Assembly: GCA_012295275.1 (NCBI GenBank)
Contig: CM022665.1
Coordinates: forward strand, 34,968,001-35,032,000
DNA: 64,000 nt
From: Chrysomallon squamiferum
Lineage: Eukaryota > Animalia > Mollusca
Direction: 5' to 3'
This document shows positions 60,000 to 64,000 of this stretch, piece after piece (position 1 is the first letter of the stretch; every line of letters begins with the position of its first letter). Below the pieces are notes generated by a model. That model ran no database searches, had not been told where the DNA came from, and worked only from the letters and a program-made list of their open reading frames with translations. The position numbers and the translations under genes are program-made.

Positions 60000-62820
60000 G
60001 GGTCATTCCGTGTCAAATCACCCAAAAAAAAAAGAAATTTAAACCCGACCGTCTCAGATTTTTATAAAACTTGGTATACTTGTTGACTGGGATCCCACAG
60101 CACCAAATCTGAAATGTTAGCCCAATCAGACCAGTGGTGTGGGAGATATGGCCCACCGAATTTTGAGATTTTTGCCAAAAATGGGTGTGACCACCAACCT
60201 TAGAACCCTTATATCTCAGGAACTACTGGGCCAATCTTCATAAAATTGGTATTGTTAGAAAGGCAAAATGACAAGGATACCAAATCTGCCATTTTTGTTT
60301 AGTTTGGAAAATATTGGAGTACCTTGACCTTTTGACCTTTGCTATGACCTTGAAATTGACCGTGTGCTCACGTGATCTTGAGATGACCTTTATTGAAATT
60401 TAATCTCCCACATGTTAACTAAAACATATAAAAGTTTCATGGGTGTAATATTTTTTGTTTAGCCACAATATAGATTTAAAAAATGCACAAACATGAAAAT
60501 AACACCTTTTCAGCCATTAACATCTGATTAACTAAAACCTGAATGATCAATTCTGGATGCTAGGGATCACCATCTTTCTTGATCATCGAGTAAGACATTG
60601 TAGGCCTACATGTATGCATAAAGTTCACATACATTTGAGAGAACTAGGTGTTTCTGATGCTTAACCTTCTCACTATGTTTGTTTCAAATGCTCACTGTAT
60701 CCTTCATTCCCAGACACATTCTACTGTTCTCATCACTTTCATAAAATTGGATTATTTCCTCCTTCAATTAATTGTCCTTTCAATGGTAAAGGGTGACAAA
60801 ATCAAGATTTGCACACACTCTGGGTAGGATTCAGACATTAAGATGTCATTTTAATGTTACTGTAGCTGATGCTAGTTTTTTTCTGTCCTTTCATTCATTT
60901 ACTGGAATGTGCTAGTTAATGGAGTTTGACAGGAGTTTAAGCCTAAACTTCGACAGAATAGAATTCAAATCAAAGTCCTTTTCTGGGGAAACAACAACCA
61001 GCGGTTTGTCTGGCAAGTTATCACCAATTTCTCCCATGGTAATACCACCCATACTAAAGCCATCCTCTGCAGGACCTTTGATTTCTGAAGGGTAATCAGA
61101 CAGTCACAGCACAACTTGTCTCCTGGCACTAGTGTCTTTGGAGGATTTACTAAGCATTTGTAAGTGCCCATGCTAACAATTCTTAAAGATCTAGTGCGTG
61201 CTTGCTCAGGGGGTGGCGATTAAGGGGATCACAACAGTTTTTCTGCAATGTTGAAAATTTGATGAAAAGTTCTTGTTCATGATACTCTTGATGTCCTGTG
61301 TTTTGATCCCACTTCAAAGAGTGAGGAGTTCGACTTCCTCAGTTTTCCATACACTTCATAACAACTCCTTTTTGATATGATGGTGTTGATAACACACATT
61401 TTCAGGAGAGTTAAAGCTGCAGTTAGCCCTGGAAGAAATAAGGATTTTCAGTATTGGCCTGCACCTTCAATTCAATAGAACAAAGTCAGTGCTTTCCTAA
61501 ATATTAAATCAAATCCTGAAACCCTTTCAGTAAAGTTAAGCAGGTCATAAAATGGCAGCAGAGTACATGTGTTATTGCCAAAGGCCCACAAGTCTTGGGC
61601 ACTTATGTCAATCTTCTCAAGTATAAATCACAGTTTATTAAGGTGAAGTAGACCGTGTTCATACTCTGTGCCGTCTGATGACGTCTGATTTCAGACTGGG
61701 TTGTACTGTTGTTGACTGAAACCTTGTTCAAAACCAATGGCAAGGCCCACATGACATGATAAAATTACTTAATAGGTTTTATGAAATAAAAATATTGTTT
61801 ATATATCAACATCTGACATTGTGTCCAACTTAAAAAGCTTCAGATTGTCAAAGAAATGCAGATGAAGAAACTTCTTTGTCTTAAACTTCTAATTGCCATG
61901 TGTTCAATAGGGATTGCACCAGGGAATCTAAAGGAGTTCCTGACCTGCCTGAAGAATCACTTCCTGTTAACCCTTTGAGCCTGATTGTGTAGAACATGTC
62001 ATGCCATTTAGCATCTTTTCAGATCCTTCAGGCATTCCTTCAGACATGTCAGGTGGGTTTTAACTCCAAAGATGAGTTTTTAGTCTCAGACAAAATGTAC
62101 ATTGTAATGCATTGTATCAATCATCCATGCAGGTATGCATTTTTTTTAAATCTCTATTATGGCTGAACAAAAAATATTATACCCAGGAAACTTTTATATG
62201 TGAACTTTATGCATACATGTAGGCCTACAATGTCTTACTTGATGATCAAGAGAGATGGTGATTCCTAGCATCCAGAATTGATCGTTCAGGTTTTAGTTAA
62301 TCAGATGTTAATGGCTGAAAAGGTGTTATTTTCATGTATGTGCATTTTTTAAATCTATATTGTGGCTAAACAAAAAATATTACACCCAGGAAACTTTTAT
62401 ATGTTTTAGTTAACATGTGGGAGATTAAATTTCAATAAAGGTCATCTCAAGATCACGTGATCCACACGGTCAATTTCAAGGTCATAGCAAAGGTCAAAAG
62501 GTCAAGGTACTCCAATATTTTCCAAACTAAACAAAAATGGCAGATTTGGTATCCTTGTCATTTTGCCTTTCTAACAATACCAATTTTATGAAGATTGGCC
62601 CAGTAGTTCCTGAGATATGAGGGTTCTAAGGTTGGTGGTCACACCCATTTTTGGCAAAAATCTCAAAATTCGGTGGGCCATATCTCCCACACCACTGGTC
62701 TGATTGGGCTAACATTTCAGATTTGGTGCTGTGGGATCCCAGTCAACAAGTATACCAAGTTTCATAAAAATCTGAGACGGTCGGGTTTAAACCATTGGGT
62801 GATTTGACACGGAATGACCC
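60000..62820 (-). mobile_element. Sola2-like DNA transposon relic with ~630-bp TIRs
   Basis: Termini GGGTCATTCCGTGTCAAATCACCCAA ... TTGGGTGATTTGACACGGAATGACCC; arms 60000-60631 and 62197-62820; 4-bp TSD ATTA/GTTA; frameshifted Cys/His coding relic on the minus strand. GRG termini, long TIRs and a 4-bp TSD are Sola2 hallmarks. Confidence 0.85.
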
Positions 62821-64000
62821 GTTAGTAATATTTGGCTTAACCTGTCATTAAGACAATTTATATGTAAACTATATTTATCTGTTATATTTTCATAGGAGCT
62901 AGATGATTAAAGAGAAACTAATGTGAAAAAAAGAATACAAAATTATTGCATGAAAATTTATCAGTGTGTTTCCCATATACAAAGTCCTCTGTTTTAATTG
63001 TAGTGTCTGTATCATAAGCATTGTTATAGTAATTGTAAACCTTTTAAAACATATAGCACCCAGTTTTTCTTATGTAACTTATAAGCTATTCATACAGTAG
63101 ATTTTTGTAATTTTTATATAAGCTCAGATTTGTTAATTCTGTATAATCATAAATATATGAACAGTTTATTTTTACATTTATTAGTAATTCAGAAGTTTCT
63201 ATAAAACAAATTTCTGATAACATGTATTATGAAATTCATGTAAAGTAGGTAAAATGTATTAATACTGAATATACTGGTAGGCCTATTTGTAATTTATTAA
63301 ACACTTTTAACATATTCCTGTTAGCTGTTGTGAAAATCATTTGAAAACTGAGTAGCTCATAATTTAGAAGATTCATTGGCAACATTTCACAGATATTTAC
63401 TAAGTGTTTTGATAATAACTGCACTGGTATTGCAATTTTGCGTGTGTGTGTGTGTGTGTGTGTATGCAACACACATATATACAGTGGATTCTGTGAAAAC
63501 TGGCCTTTGACTAGTCTGGATTTCAGTATAAACTGACACCATTTCAAAGTCCCATCCAGTTATCATTAATCTGTTATGAACAACATTTTGTCTAATACAG
63601 ATTCTGTCTATTTTGGATTCCGGGTGTAAATTCCAGAACAAACAAGCAATTTATATAATAATTAGCATTATCAACAATGGCACACAATTCTGCAAGTGTG
63701 ATTACTTCTTAAACAATGATGGCAATTGCCAGAATTGACACATAATTATACTACTGTGTGAGATGAAATGATTGTGCATCTTTGAAGGCTTAATAAATAA
63801 TGATGTCATGCTTCTTGTATACATGATTATTATTAGTGTGTGCTGATACCTAAGTGAATTCACTTGTTTAGATAATGGCAAAAGCTACTTGCCTGAAGGG
63901 ATGCTAAATAGCCTGAAGAGCAGATCAGTAACTGGTGGCAAATGTTGAGAGTTCGAGTGCTACAGACAACAAGTCCTGCCAGGAGGGTTGGAGGCATACT

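Noticed and set aside
63872-64000. Possible third exon of the second gene (DNGKSYLPEGMLNSLKSRS)
   Set aside because: The acceptor and phase fit, but the frame stops soon after unless a weak donor (TCA|gtaact) is used; unresolved at the window edge.

Overview
AT-rich, microsatellite-rich animal genomic DNA; decayed Nin/Deu-type SINE fragments suggest a mollusc (inference). The window is dominated by one + strand gene that I assembled by hand from 58 phase-compatible coding exons (12422-54867; 8811 nt, about 2936 aa). It encodes a very large adhesion GPCR with this domain order: signal peptide, about 15 cadherin-like repeats built from five copies of a 5-exon/3-domain cassette, FN3, SEA (intact GSVIV motif), 2 Ig, HRM, GAIN with canonical GPS (HL|TNFAILM), 7TM, and a cytoplasmic tail of about 358 aa. 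It has no EGF/LamG modules, so it is not a typical CELSR/Flamingo, and I do not recognise the architecture as a described family. Introns and flanks carry three near-identical 781-bp Tc2/pogo-like MITEs (two +, one -), a duplicated 544-bp repeat, a hAT MITE just 5' of the first coding exon, a foldback element with a nested mariner deletion derivative, and a 2.8-kb Sola2-like element with about 630-bp TIRs. A second, unidentified gene probably starts at 59145.
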